The notes under the pieces were generated by a model. It was given only the letters and a program-made list of their open reading frames with translations. It searched no databases and was not told where the DNA came from. DNA of 61,674 bases, filler included, from Sphacelaria rigidula (taxonomy: Eukaryota): the NCBI GenBank assembly GCA_964200075.2. It is 11 parts of 11 records of this genome, joined end to end, with 100 filler letters (N's around TTAATTAATTAA, not from the genome) between each part and the next. Parts side by side here need not be neighbours in the genome. Positions count along the whole stretch, not along the records: positions 1 to 5,517 come from CAXNAA020026691.1; positions 5,618 to 11,134 come from CAXNAA020026692.1; positions 11,235 to 16,750 come from CAXNAA020026693.1; 8 more parts are not named here. One strand, given 5' to 3'. The position numbers and the translations under genes are program-made. Positions 1 through 12,010 of the stretch are shown in pieces. Within the stretch, counting starts at the first letter, position 1. Every line of letters begins with the position of its first letter.

Positions 1-212
1 TGTGAGTTCCGCTTTCTCCTTCTTTCTGGGTGGGAAAATCCTGCAATTGCTCACTTTCCTCCCTCTTCCCCCCCCCCCCCCCCGCGCGCGCGCCTCCTCC
101 TCCCTGCTTCCTTCTTCATTTGAATGAGTGCACACAACCTGGCTCAGCAACTCAAGATTCCCGCCCTACACCTCATCCCCCGTTGTCCCGCGCTCCGCTG
201 GTACCCCAACAG

Positions 213-340
213 GAGCATGCGGATGGCACCTGGAGACAGTCGTAACGCATAACCGTAACGACAAGTATTACTTCCCTCCGGGCATCGAGCGGGGGCCGGG
301 GAGGTTGGTGCGGAGAGACTTCTTCGACTCTGCTAGACAG
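213..340 (+). CDS. Internal exon with MBD-like motif (GWHLETVVTHNRNDKYYFPPG...DFFDSARQ)
   Basis: Pyrimidine-rich caacAG acceptor at 211-212 (alternative AG at 214-215), CAG|GT donor at 341. Ends in phase 0 and splices in frame to the exon at 760. Confidence 0.7.
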
Positions 341-351
341 GTGCTTCGTTA

Positions 352-416
352 GTTGTCGTTGTTGTTGTTGTTGTTACTGCTGCTGCTGCTGCTGCTGATG
401 CTGCTGCTGCTGCTGT
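352..416. repeat. (GTT)n(CTG)n microsatellite in intron
   Basis: Directly visible; source of the spurious poly-Leu ORF 353..568. Confidence 0.9.
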
Positions 417-759
417 TTCTATGGCACGTGCGCGGTCTAAGATGTAGGCGATTTCACACTCAAGATTATTTCCACCACAAACGATTGATAGGTTTTAGTC
501 GCATCTGTCTTGTCGCATTCGGCGTCGGTAATTTAGATCATGGAAACGAGTTGTATTCCTACAGATGATGGACGGCTGCCTTGTTTTCTCACGTCGTTTC
601 TCGCCCACGAAGGCCACAAGTTATTCGAAGATGCATGTGGGCAGTGAGTGACAGCTTCGGACCAACCATAGCGGGATGTTATGCTCGAAAACTTGGGGTA
701 CTATGTCTTCGGCAGTTTCCAACTATGTTCGCTTGCATCAATAATCAATCCCCCGACAG

Positions 760-3700
760 GTAACCGAAAAGATCAAGACAATGGAAGAATGGTCACCGCT
801 GTTGAAGGACATACTTGACCGTGCCAAGGCCGGCCATCAATTCCACTTCTATCGCGCCCCTCCCGAGGCGGAGGAGGCAGCCATTATGGTTACTCCGACG
901 TCGGACGAAAAGGTCTCGCGGTGCAAGCGAGACCGACGCCCGCGCCGTCTGCTAAAAGCATTGGGATTGCAGGCGACTCCATCCTCCGCCGATTCCCCGG
1001 CTTCGAGCGCGACTATGACCCCGGGCACAACCCCCACCGCTACCCTGGCTCCACTTCGCAGTGCACCCCGCGGCCGCGGCGGCAACTCCTATGCCTCACC
1101 CGATCCTCCAGTCAACGCGAGCGGCCGCCCTGGGCGAGCGGCATCCGCACCCCCCGCGACCGACGCGGCCGCCTCCACCCCCGCAGCGCCGTACAGAAGA
1201 GGAAGCAGTGGCAGGGGCCGCGGCCGCCGAGGGAGAGACACCGGCCTCGGGAGCGGCAGCGGCAGAAGAGACGGCACGAGAGACAGCAACGGAAGATTCA
1301 GCGTAATCAAGTCGGCGGAGTCGTTCCCGTTGCCTTGTTCTCCGGACCCCGAAACTCCTGCGAGTATGCACAGCGTCTCCGTCCCTACCCCGGCTTCATT
1401 GGCGTTGCTGCCGCCGCCGCCGCCGCTGCCTCCGTTGACCACGGCGGCGGCCGAACGAGGAGGTAGGCGACGAAGCAGCCGATTTGTAGGTGGTGGTGAT
1501 GATGCGTCCACTTCCAGCGAGAGCGAGGCGACGACATATGAGACGAAAGAGGAGAAACAATCTGTTTTTGTGGCGGCAAAACAAGGAGAGGAGGGAGTTG
1601 CTGGGGATAGCGGGGCCCATGACCGCATCATGTCCTCCCCGGAAACGCCGGTTGTAAGGCTCGGGCGGGTGAGGGGCAGGACAAGGACGCGGGGCGGCCC
1701 TGCTGCAGCTTCTTCGGCGGAGGCGGGCGCGCACGCTGCGATGTCATCGTCTCGGGAAAGGGCGGACGTGAAGTTGGCAGATGTTGTTGCTTCTAGTAGT
1801 TGTTCTGTCGCTGCCGCTTCTGCAGGGTCGGTGAGAGCCAACATAAGAGATGTAGCCGAGGGCAGTGCGCCTACCTCTACCGCTAATGAGGCGGGGACCG
1901 ACAAGAAAGAAATTGCCGACTATGATGTGCCTAGCTTTGCCTTTGAGCAGGTGGGCACCGACACAAAAGATGTAGCCGAAGACGGGGCGCCTATCTCTGC
2001 CGTTACTCAAGCGGGCACCGACACAAAAGATGTAGCCCACGATGGCGCGCCTGGCTCTGTCGCCAAGCACGAGATGAAACCCGGCGAACGCCGCGGTCCA
2101 GGAAAACGGAAGGCTAGGCTGCTGGGTGACATTACCAGCTGGGGGAAACTGCCCTCGTCCCGCCCGCCGCCACGCAACCGTCGGCAGCTCCCTTCGCCGT
2201 CTGGGGGGTCGTCGGTGGCTGGTGATGATGGTGCCGCTGTTGCTGCTACTACCGTCTCCCTTGTAGCTGCCGCTGAATCCACCCGGGAATCCGCACTTTC
2301 TGCGTCGTCTTCATCGACCAGCACGGGAAAAGAAATGAAACCGGATGGTTGTGAAAGGGGATGCATCGGTACCGGCGTCGGCAGCGGCGGCGGCGGAGTC
2401 GGTGGCGACAGTGGCAACTCCAAAGATGAGGGTGTTGACGATGAACCTGATGGTCGGAAGGATAGAGCAGGGTCGGCAGCCGACAAGGGCATCAGCCAGG
2501 GTGTCAATGCTGATGAGAAGCACGGTGGACCGGAGGAGGGGGAGGGGTCGCCACCGCCGGGATTCGAGGGTGAGGAAACAAGAAGGGCGGAGGAGAACGC
2601 GCACCCAAAGGAGACGGAGCAGCCGGAAGTGGCTGGGGCAGAAGCGGATGGAGGTAGTGAGAACCGTGGTGCCAAAGACGGGGTGAGAGACGCGGGATCG
2701 GACGAGATGAAGGGTGACGAAGGTGGAGAACGAAGTTATGTGTCGTCCGTAGGCGATGGCACCGGCAAAGGTGATGAGGTAAGTAACACCGGCAACGTGT
2801 TCCCTGTTGGTGTAGGGGCTAGCAGCAGTGCGTCGGTGAAGGTAGGGGCGACCGTGAGTAGCACTCCGGAGGCGGGGGTAGGGCTGGATGTAACTGGGAA
2901 GGAGAAAGAGCAGAATGAGAATGGTGGGAGCGCGGTGGCGGAGAAAAAGGACCAACTAGAAGACATGGATATGTCGGAAGAGGAGGAAGAGGAGGAAGAG
3001 AAATCCGAGCATTTGAAGCAACACAAAGGAGCAGAAGGAGGCGGTGGCAATGATATCCAGGATACATCTAAGGCGAGTATGGTCCTTGACTCGGGCGCAA
3101 ATGACTACAAGGGGCGTTCGCGGGGCGCGGACGAGACTGACGACGGGAAGCGGCAGGCGGAGGGGCGGGAGGACCATGACGCGGCCACGGGATCCGGCGA
3201 AGGCGTGGTGAGGACGCATGCGGCACGGGTGGGGGCCGCGGGGAACGACAACGGTCATGGTGCCGGCGGTGCTAGTGATGGTGCTCAGCAGGCTGGAGAG
3301 ATGATGCACGGCCACGATGGCAATAATGGCGTCGGTGAAGGGAATAAAACGGAAAGTCTTTCAATGCTGTCACTTTCGGCGGGGCGAGACAGTTCGGAGA
3401 GCGAGGAAAAGCTAACTGCTGTTGTCAGCCGCAGGAGAGGTGAGGACAGCGGCAGCGGGGACGAAAACGATGCCAAGGAGAGCAGAGAGAATTCGTCTTC
3501 AGTGCGCCCGGTCGTCGCCCCTGTCGACTCCTCTTCCGCCGCTGTTGGCGCATCCTTGACCTCGACCGATCGAGTCACGGCAGCACCGCTTGGAGAGGCG
3601 GCCGATGGTGACTTTGCCGTATTAGACATGGAGCAGGCGAACAAGGAAGCCAAGGACGAGCGGTGGTCGGCTGCTTCTGCTGCTGCCGGCGCGGTAGAAG

Positions 3701-4529
3701 TGAAGGCGACGGAGGCGGCGGCGGGGATGGTGACGACCCAGGGGCGGACTGAAGAAACAAATCCAGTGGACACGGTATCGATGCTATCACCATCTGATGA
3801 CACGTCGTCTCTCCCCGCTTCTACAGCAGCGAGGGCTCAGGTCATCGATGATAACAGGGGTGGAGCCTCATCTGCCTTGGGAGCAGTAGTGCCTGGTGAG
3901 GGCAGCGCTATGGACACGGCAGCGATCGCCGACGACACCACTGCTCCCGCTGGTGCAGGAACCGTCGCGATCGCCACCACCGGAGAAACGGCAGGTGTTG
4001 CGACTGGAGACGAGACTCAATCATCGGCCCGACAACCCCCTGAAGCTGGAGCTGAAGCTAGCGTCGACACTTTATCGCCAACGGAAGCAACGACTGCGGT
4101 CGGCGAAAATGCTATCGTTGGCACTGCCGCCGCCGCTACTAGGGAGAAGACGGCGAGCGGGGTGGGGTTGCCCCATGGACGCGCACCCGCGGCAGCGGCG
4201 GCGATTGCAGCCACTGCGGGCGTCGCGAAATCTACCCCAAGCAGCAGTGCCAACCCGGAGGCTGTAATGGCGTGCAGAAAAAGCAGTCGCCGTAGAATAG
4301 CGTCCGATCGCGCCAAAGACGCCGAGGAAGACGAGCAGCGCAAGAGGAAGAGCAGTAGCCTGGGTGGCGGCGGTTGGGCTGTGGACGGCGGCGATGGCGG
4401 CGATGGTGCTGGTGGTTGGGGGGGCGGGGGGACAGGCGCGTCCGGCGTTCCGGCCGGCAGTGCGGTCCCGTTCCCGGCTCATGTGGACACGTCACTTCTT
4501 GCTAGACCTACCGACATGTACCTCTGCCG
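760..4529 (+). CDS. Very large internal exon, Ala/Gly/Ser/Glu-rich disordered protein of unknown function
   Basis: 1250-codon open frame; acceptor ccccgacAG at 758-759 is in frame with ORF 781; donor CG|GTGAGT at 4530. Confidence 0.85.
1847..2067 (+). repeat. 60-bp (20-aa) coding tandem repeat, about 3.5 copies (GTDTKDVAEDGAP...)
   Basis: ggcaccgacacaaaagatgtagcc-like unit recurs at an exact 60-bp period. Confidence 0.85.
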
Positions 4530-5090
4530 GTGAGTTCCGCTTTTTTTTACGTTTCATTGTTTTGTGCTAGCAGGAACGTAGTTGAATTATTCCCCTGGGC
4601 AGTATTGGTGCTCGTATGTTTTGATTTTGAAGCGTGTATCTGCTTGCAGGAAAATAAAGAGAAAGAGCAAATCGGGACGGTACTGATCTACGGTTCTACG
4701 GAAGTGCAGCGTTGCAAGTACCGTAGGGCCCGGTTATCATGAATAGCGTGTTGCCGAAGATTATGAACCTCAGGGTATTGAAGGATACCGCCACACAGGT
4801 ATCGATGATATTTCAAGGATTGCGGATGGCCGATCAAAAGACAAGAGCATCCACGCTTGGCTTGTAACGACCATTGCACAAGCCAGGTGGTGACCATATG
4901 TGTTCGTGATTATATATTTCAAGTATTGATATAGTGGAGTGTGGTACAGTAGCATGAATGAGGAGCTGACCCCCCCCCCCTCCTGTGCATAGAGGAAGGC
5001 GCGGGGTACAAGGCAGAAGTAGAGACACGATAAAAATAAGGGGAAAAGGAGCGCTCAGAAGTAGATGGATAAGATATGTATAATATTTTT

Positions 5091-5237
5091 GTGCGATGCC
5101 TGGAAGAAGCGTAAGGAACGCCGGAATGTTAAAGGTGGCTCTATGAGGAGTAGGAACGGTGCTCCGTCTCGAAAGAGATGCGTGGTCAATGGTCAACCGA
5201 CTAAGGCAATCAAGAAATGAGTACCCCCCCCCCCCCC
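5091..5237 (+). mobile_element. Repeat family A copy (ends AAATGAGTACCCCCC)
   Basis: Core gctccgtctcgaaagRgatgcgtggtcaatggtcaa.cgactaaggcaa is shared with five other copies in other contigs. Confidence 0.85.
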
Positions 5238-5517
5238 ACATACAAATACAAATACACATACACACAACGATGGGAAGTACTTGGCTTTTGGCGGACCAGT
5301 TGATGTGAAGCATTCCATTGATCTGTTCATCGGTACACCTGTCGAATTAATCAAGCAGCCACGGTAGGAACCCCGCTGTATCGAGGATGTCATTCAAAAA
5401 ACGATTTTAACCCTTAGACGACGAGGGTCGCCTCGGAATAGTTTTACAGGCTGACAGTCCGGAGACATGCGGGGGTTTCCAGAGCTCGGGGGTGGTGGTG
5501 TTTGAGCGCGGGGGGGG

Positions 5518-5617
5518 NNNNNNNNNNNNNNNNNNNNNNNNNNNNNNNNNNNNNNNNNNNNTTAATTAATTAANNNNNNNNNNNNNNNNNNNNNNNNNNN
5601 NNNNNNNNNNNNNNNNN
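5518..5617. other. Artificial contig linker
   Basis: 44 N + TTAATTAATTAA + 44 N. Confidence 0.98.
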
Positions 5618-5832
5618 TCTCCAAGCGCGGCATGTCCATCATGAACTCGTTCATCAACGACGTGTTCGAGCGTGTGGCAGGCGAGTCCGGCAAGCTGACC
5701 CGCTACAACAAGAAGTCCACCCTCTCCTCTCGCGAGGTGCAGACAGCCGTGCGTCTGATGCTCCCCGGAGAGTTGGCCAAGCACGCCGTGTCCGAGGGCA
5801 CGAAGGCCGTCACAAAGTTCACTTCTTCGTAA
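5618..5832 (+). CDS. H2B: Histone H2B, 5'-truncated by contig edge, no intron in the visible part
   Basis: [70 protein letters not shown] is the canonical H2B fold and C-terminus. Confidence 0.98.
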
Positions 5833-5935
5833 ATGGTCATCCGTAGCGGGTCTTGGTCCGACGACCACACGAGCAGAGGGCCTTGCGGAGCAGTAAATAC
5901 TGTGATACACCTCCCCCAGCTCTGTTGAACAACCC

Positions 5936-5969
5936 TGGTGTTTACTCAACACCACCCACGAGCAAAGAG
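5936..5969 (+). promoter_or_regulatory. Histone mRNA 3' stem-loop followed by ACCCA and an AAAGAG motif
   Basis: TGGTGTT-TACTC-AACACCA hairpin at 5936-5954, about 100 nt after the H2B stop; ACCCA at 5954-5958; AAAGAG at 5964-5969. Confidence 0.7.
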
Positions 5970-6347
5970 AAAACCCCCCGATACACAAGACCCTGTCTGC
6001 CGCAAGTGTGAGAAGATGGAGTTGCCGCTGCCAAAAGTAAGGTGCATAAATGAGGTGAGGTTCAGGTGCAGCTCACTGGTGGGTGAGGGGGCCTACGGAG
6101 GATGCACTGAAAAGTGCCGCCGTCGGCTTGTCAAAGGACAAATGATGCATTTATGATGGTGTCTTTTACACTACTCGTGTGGTATGGTGCCGACCGTGCA
6201 CCGTGACTGGTGCATCCTGCGGTGCACTAGTCATGGTTCAAGTGATGTATCCAGCAATCCGCGAATCTGCCACCTGTGTACGAGCTGGGCCAGCCCAAAA
6301 ACGGATTCAAGCTCTCAAAGCGATATCTCAACGACAGAGACGAGTTG

Positions 6348-7917
6348 CACACGCGGCCATTCGGCTACCTCGAGAAATTTTTGAACGTCATCCTCGGTTC
6401 CGTTTGTTTGAGAATGCCTCCTAGAGGATATTGGGTATTCGTAATCCTCTGAGAGATTTTCAATGTTGGAGCCCTCGACGGTCTGTGTCGATACAAGGTT
6501 TCCTGGATTGTTTTTGGAGGCACGAGTGCTGTGGAAATCTGGAACTTTCACAGCTGTTCGAAATAAGGCCTGATTCCAAATTATTGGAATCGGGCCAGAA
6601 GGACTTATTCCGAACAGCAGAGGGTGGCTAATCTCATCCTGTATGCACTCGCAAATGGAAATTGATGGACCAAAAACTGTTCCGAAATAAATCATCGTTT
6701 TGCCCACCATTACTTTGAAGATGGAAGATTTTTATTTTCGAGCAGCTTTTGCTGTTCAAGTCCCACATACGGCAAGGTACCGGTGGGTGAGAGTCGAGAG
6801 ACAGCAGAAGTCTTGGGAGAACTCATCCTCTTGCCTCCCATTTCATATCGCGGGGAAGCGGATCGAAGTCTTCATCAAGCTCGACTGGTTTCAAATCCCA
6901 CACACCGACTGCAAATGTATGTATACAGCCATACTGTGTAGCTCAAGCTTGTGGAAATGACGAACATTCTGTATGAACCTCATATATTTGAACATACAAG
7001 CTTGGAAACCCCGTAGTCTCGTGTTCACCATTCGAACACCGAAGTTTATTTTCAGTGAACACGCGAAAAATAAAGATCGCGGTTTATCCTGTAGGTTGAA
7101 GGGGATATGACTCATCACAAGAATAAGCATGTTCAAATGCTGTACTGAACAGAACAATACCGTGTAGGACAGCACCACATCATGCTTACATGCTGTGCAA
7201 TATACTGCAGAGTTAGCGCGGCACATGCGCCACGTATGGCTAAACAAAGTGGATGCCTGTAACCTTGGGTGCATGGGGGTGTTATATACCGTCATCTACT
7301 GAGTATACATCACGATGCCCGTTCTTGCAGCGTGCTCACCGCTGCATTCATTAGGACGTGAAAGGGACGCGGACAAAGTACGGTACAGACATACATCATG
7401 TCCAACTACTGCAGTGTGTATCTATATCCCTGTGCCCAACTCGTGCTCTTTGCTGCAGGGTCATTGTGGTGAAATAAGTGTTGCCGGGTTTGCAATTCAA
7501 TCTGTGAACGGCGGATGATACATAAATTTTTTGGCGTGATGGTCCCGAAGGTACCTTGGAAGTAGTCAAAACGCAAGTTCACAAAAGTAAATGTACACGC
7601 CCAAGGATACTACACGGCCATGCCTTCCGCAGTCGTGAGAAATGCCCTAGAGGGCATAGTCCCTCCGCCAGAGGAACGATGCTCATATTTCCCTCCAAGG
7701 GACGTTCACGAAAACCACGTGCTCCAGAGCACCATATTTTTCGTACTCGGGAGGGATTTAGACCTCAGAAGTCACTGAAGCATCAGATGCCCTCCAGAGG
7801 ATTCGTTTCATGACCGAAATCGAGTATGAAATACCCTCTGGAGGGTATTTTTATCCTCCCGAGAGGACGAAAATCGCGATACAGGATTTTGAGGGGGTAG
7901 CCGAATGGCCGGGTGTG
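6348..7917. mobile_element. Non-autonomous TIR DNA transposon, CACTA/CMC-like
   Basis: 22-bp TIRs CACACGCGGCCATTCGGCTACC / GGTAGCCGAATGGCCGGGTGTG (1 mismatch); many subterminal CCTCNNGAGG-type motifs at 7640-7870. No clear TSD. Confidence 0.7.
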
Positions 7918-10900
7918 AACCGCAGGGTTATGACATGAGACCGAAAGTTCCAATCTATTTTCAGGTGCAGGGTGCGGATTAGGTGGTGTAGGTCTAATGT
8001 AGGAAGCAGTATGGGTCGTGGTGAAGAGCTTCCAACAGGATGCGGCGACCGGCGGGCCGCCCGCCACGCGTGGCTTTGGGGGATACGTTGGTCCCCAACA
8101 CCTTGCCACGCAGCCCCTTGTGGTCGGGGTGGGCCGCCTTTTCCCACCTTGTTGCATGCGGCCAATTCTCTTCAAACGGTATTAGCGTTGGGGCGCGCAT
8201 GCATACAACAGTGTAATACAGTACAGTCTCATACGCCTCTCCGACTGAAGCAGCAGCTGCCGCTGCATACTCCCTTGCACGTTCTGGACGATTCTCAGCT
8301 GCCTATATAAAGCCTTGCCGTTCCCGTCCACAACATACATGTGGACTGCACTCTGCGAGTGATACGCAAAGGGATACGCAGAATTCATGAAGGTAGCTCC
8401 TTTTGTCTTTCCACAGCCCACCTGGATTTTGCGCCTCGTGAAAATGACCACATGGTGGCATGTACACTCCTTCCCGGCTTTTTCTGGCCCACCCTGTGTT
8501 GGTGTAAATAAATACGTTTTAGTATAGAATTGGGACCCAAGAAACTCGGGAACGGTATAATGAGTGCAAGTAATACCATAAAGCCAAGCCGCGATCACGC
8601 TGCACTTGAAAACCTGGAGAGGCTTATCTGGGCCAGGGATAGGGCCCCCACACGATCTTTGCAGTGGCATTACACTCGACAACAATCCCTGCCCTGGTCG
8701 TTCGGATTTGGTCGATAAATTTCGCCTCGCGGTGATTGGGCAGGTCGCCCGAAGGCTTATTTTTAATTATGTCACTAACACGGGGTCAACCCTGTGTTCG
8801 TGGGAGTCCGGCCCCAAAAGGGTTAAGCTGCTTTTCGACAAGACAGCCATTTCTCACCTACAAGAGAGGAGCTTTAGTTCGCGGACATCGGTTCAGCAGG
8901 GGATGCGTAACACTTGGGACGCGCGGAGTTTGAAACAGAAACGGGCATATTTGCTCGCCGTTTGAGTTGTTTCGGCTATGTGATGACTACTTAACACATA
9001 AATCATCGTTCAGATCTCATTTGATCCAACCCCAGAAACGTACACCGCGTGCAGTCAACCAAGAGCTACACTTCGGTGTGAGTCATGTTGCATCGCAAGC
9101 AGCATAGATACTCGCACGGCGTAAATGTAGTACGGTACTGTGCGCATACAATGTTCGCTGAAGGAACTTCGCGGACTTGGTGGTGCAATGCGTGGGAGGA
9201 CCGCGTGTTTTTTGGACCGCATCGGAGTTGAAACATCTCAATGACTGGGATTAGTGTTAGGATTAGGGTCGGGGGTGGTCCCGGCAGGAGCTGGCCCAAG
9301 CGGTCTTGAAAAACGTCGATCCTGGGGTGTTCAGATTCCGATGCGACCCGAAAGGCACGCGGTTCTCCCACTCATCACAGTAGTCTAATGGTCAAGTTCC
9401 CCTAACGAACCTTCTGGGGGGCTGTAATATACGAAGACAATGGCTTGGGAAAAAATGGGGCATATTGATGGATTCTGATGGGAAGTGAAGATCCCTTTCT
9501 ATTATAGAAGAATCACATTTCCAGCGATTGTGCGTTACAGCTATGTGGCCAAATATGAATTATTTTCGTCTCGGTCTGTTATCATTCGCCCGGTAATTTG
9601 AAGCTGAAGATGCTGAAAGTTTCCCTGTTCACCTTCCGGTTGCGCGCCGAAAGTTATGATCGTTTTGATGAAGCCACTGAAGATCAGAAACAACGTGGAC
9701 TTGTCAGCGCTCTTTGTGTCTCGCCGCATCTTCTCCCAGCCCACGCGTTTTGACGAGAGAGCCCTGAACCTCATTTATCGGGCCGCACATCTTGGCGCCA
9801 AAATCGCCCTTCGCACCGCGTATGGTCCCGGTTCATCGCTCTGATCATTTCTTCCAACCTGAAGAAGTGGGTTTTGGTCATCCGACAGATCTGATGAAAT
9901 TTCCAGCAACGAGGGAGAAAATACTGAAGAATGAAATAATAGCTTTCGGGTCCCCCGGTCAACAATTTGCGCAGGCATTTTTTCGCTGCTCACCTCTCAC
10001 AAAATCATCACCGAAATATAAAATATGGTTTGACCATTTTGGGTTTCACCCTCACGAACGACCGAAAACCTGTCTTGCTGGATGGTCCTTTGCGTAGATG
10101 ATGACACACATGATGAAAATCAACCACATACGCTCAAGATCTCTGAAGAGTCTAGTGCATGCATACAGTACCCTGCCATCTCAGACTGAAAAATCACATT
10201 CAAACTGCGGTAGTACTTGGTGGTTACTTCTACTACTCTACTACTACTACTACTACTAACTTAAAACAAGAACAAAAACACACGAAAAGAAACAGGCGAA
10301 ACTGCAGTACGTTCCACATGGCGGGTATGGCACGGTGCAGAAAGCTCTAAAAGAAGAACATTCCGAGGAAGAACCACACCAAAACTCCTACAAAAATAAA
10401 AATAAAACCTGAATGCCAAAGCGTTTTTGATCCCTGCCCTGGCCTCTGCTTAGTTCCCCCAGACGGTTGCGTTGTCGTTGCCCAGGCTGCAGTCGCCCAT
10501 GTCTGATTCTTTCTTGCGATGCAGTGCTGCACCACTATATAGTACAGTGGTAGTAGAGCACAGAGCACGGTACAGTAGAGGACAGTCCCTTGTTACAGTT
10601 CTTGCCCGCGTGCCCAGTGGGCAATTCGAGCGCTCTTGTCTAATATGCAGTGCGGTCACCGCACAGGCGAGATATGCTCATCTGTCTCCAACGCTGTCAT
10701 GGATATGCATGGCTCTCAGCTCGAATTCAGGGCAGCGGCGTGGTTGGTCGCGAACCACCGGCTCACTGTGCAGTGCGGTGTACATGCAAAGATAAGTGCC
10801 AACGGAATCATCCATGTTCGCACCTTTTTGTGCGCAGTAATTGCTTGAAGCTTGTGCCCCAAATCGCGTTGCTGCCAGCCGTAGCTGGAGGGGGTAAGTA

Positions 10901-11134
10901 GGAGTGGCAACCTCTGACGCTGCTGAGTACTACAGTCGTCGCTTATTCTCAATGATTCACCTGACATTCCAGCTGCTTAATGTTGGTAGGTATATCGGAA
11001 GGATTTAGCTTTGATTCGTTTCCCCCGGGGGGGTGGTATGCGGTGAGTTCTTCGAAGCGTTCCCCCTACTCGAAACCCGAATGTGAATCGCTCGCAAAAC
11101 AAATTGAAGTGTTTTCTACACAAAAATCAAGTAC

Positions 11135-11234
11135 NNNNNNNNNNNNNNNNNNNNNNNNNNNNNNNNNNNNNNNNNNNNTTAATTAATTAANNNNNNNNNN
11201 NNNNNNNNNNNNNNNNNNNNNNNNNNNNNNNNNN
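11135..11234. other. Artificial contig linker
   Basis: 44 N + TTAATTAATTAA + 44 N. Confidence 0.98.
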
Positions 11235-11897
11235 CTGTATCTACGGAAAAAATAACTCGCCCCCCCCCCCCCCCCCCCCCCCCCCCTCCCCCCCCCTCCT
11301 TCTCGACGCCCTCATCTGCCGCCGCTGGTTTCCTCTTGTTTTCACTCAAATGGCAGGTGGGACTGGCGCTGATGCTATTCGTGTGTGCCATCGAGGCCAG
11401 GGGTGGGGTCGACAACGACTGTTCTGGGTCAAAATATCTCCTTACACTAGGTTCTCAGGAAGCGCTCCGTAAAAGACGGCTCGCCCGCCTTCAGGGACCC
11501 AACGGTCACCACATGATAGCGCAGGAGACGAACCTCTTGAGGTTCCCAACAAGACCTATTCCGCGTTTGGAGCAGCATCTCCCGAACTGGGCGACAAAGA
11601 TGTTGAGGAAGGTGGGGAAGCTTCCAGGTGCCCTACGTTCCTTTCGCGGAAACGTTCACAACACCGACTCGAAGTTGGTCGGTAGCCAACTGACCGGCAT
11701 CACATCCCGGGGAGCATTGAACGTGAGTACGAGCTTGCGTGCACATTGCAATGTGTCTATTCTGAATATTTGGGATGGCCTTACGGTGCTTGTACAACGC
11801 GACGTTTGTAACAACGAAACTATGCAGTCAAAATCAAAACACTTTCAATCCTACCCGAAGGTATTTGGCATAACCTCGACCCCACTCTCTCCCCTCG

Positions 11898-12010
11898 CCT
11901 GGTCCGCCGAAAACCCGGCGTGCTCCGTCCCGACTTTGTAGGGATGGAAGGTCAGTGGTCTTATGACTATGGCATGCAAGATCATAAGTACATCTCCACT
12001 GTCGCCCCCT
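11898..12010 (-). mobile_element. Repeat family B copy
   Basis: Reverse complement matches gtactcatgatc.tgcatgcc.tagtcat...gggacggagcacgccggg seen at 24612, 46762 and 50558. Confidence 0.8.

Noticed and set aside
849..4495. Numerous antisense and alternative-frame ORFs
   Set aside because: Shadows of a GC-rich, low-complexity coding exon.
5562..5573. TTAATTAATTAA as a recurring biological motif
   Set aside because: It is always centred between 44-N blocks; a synthetic six-frame stop linker.
11336..11941. LRR protein from the 201-aa ORF (LVGSQLTGIT resembles LxxNxLTGxIP)
   Set aside because: One degenerate motif with no repetition; the ORF end runs into a family B repeat. An exon at about 11451-11722 is possible but unsupported.
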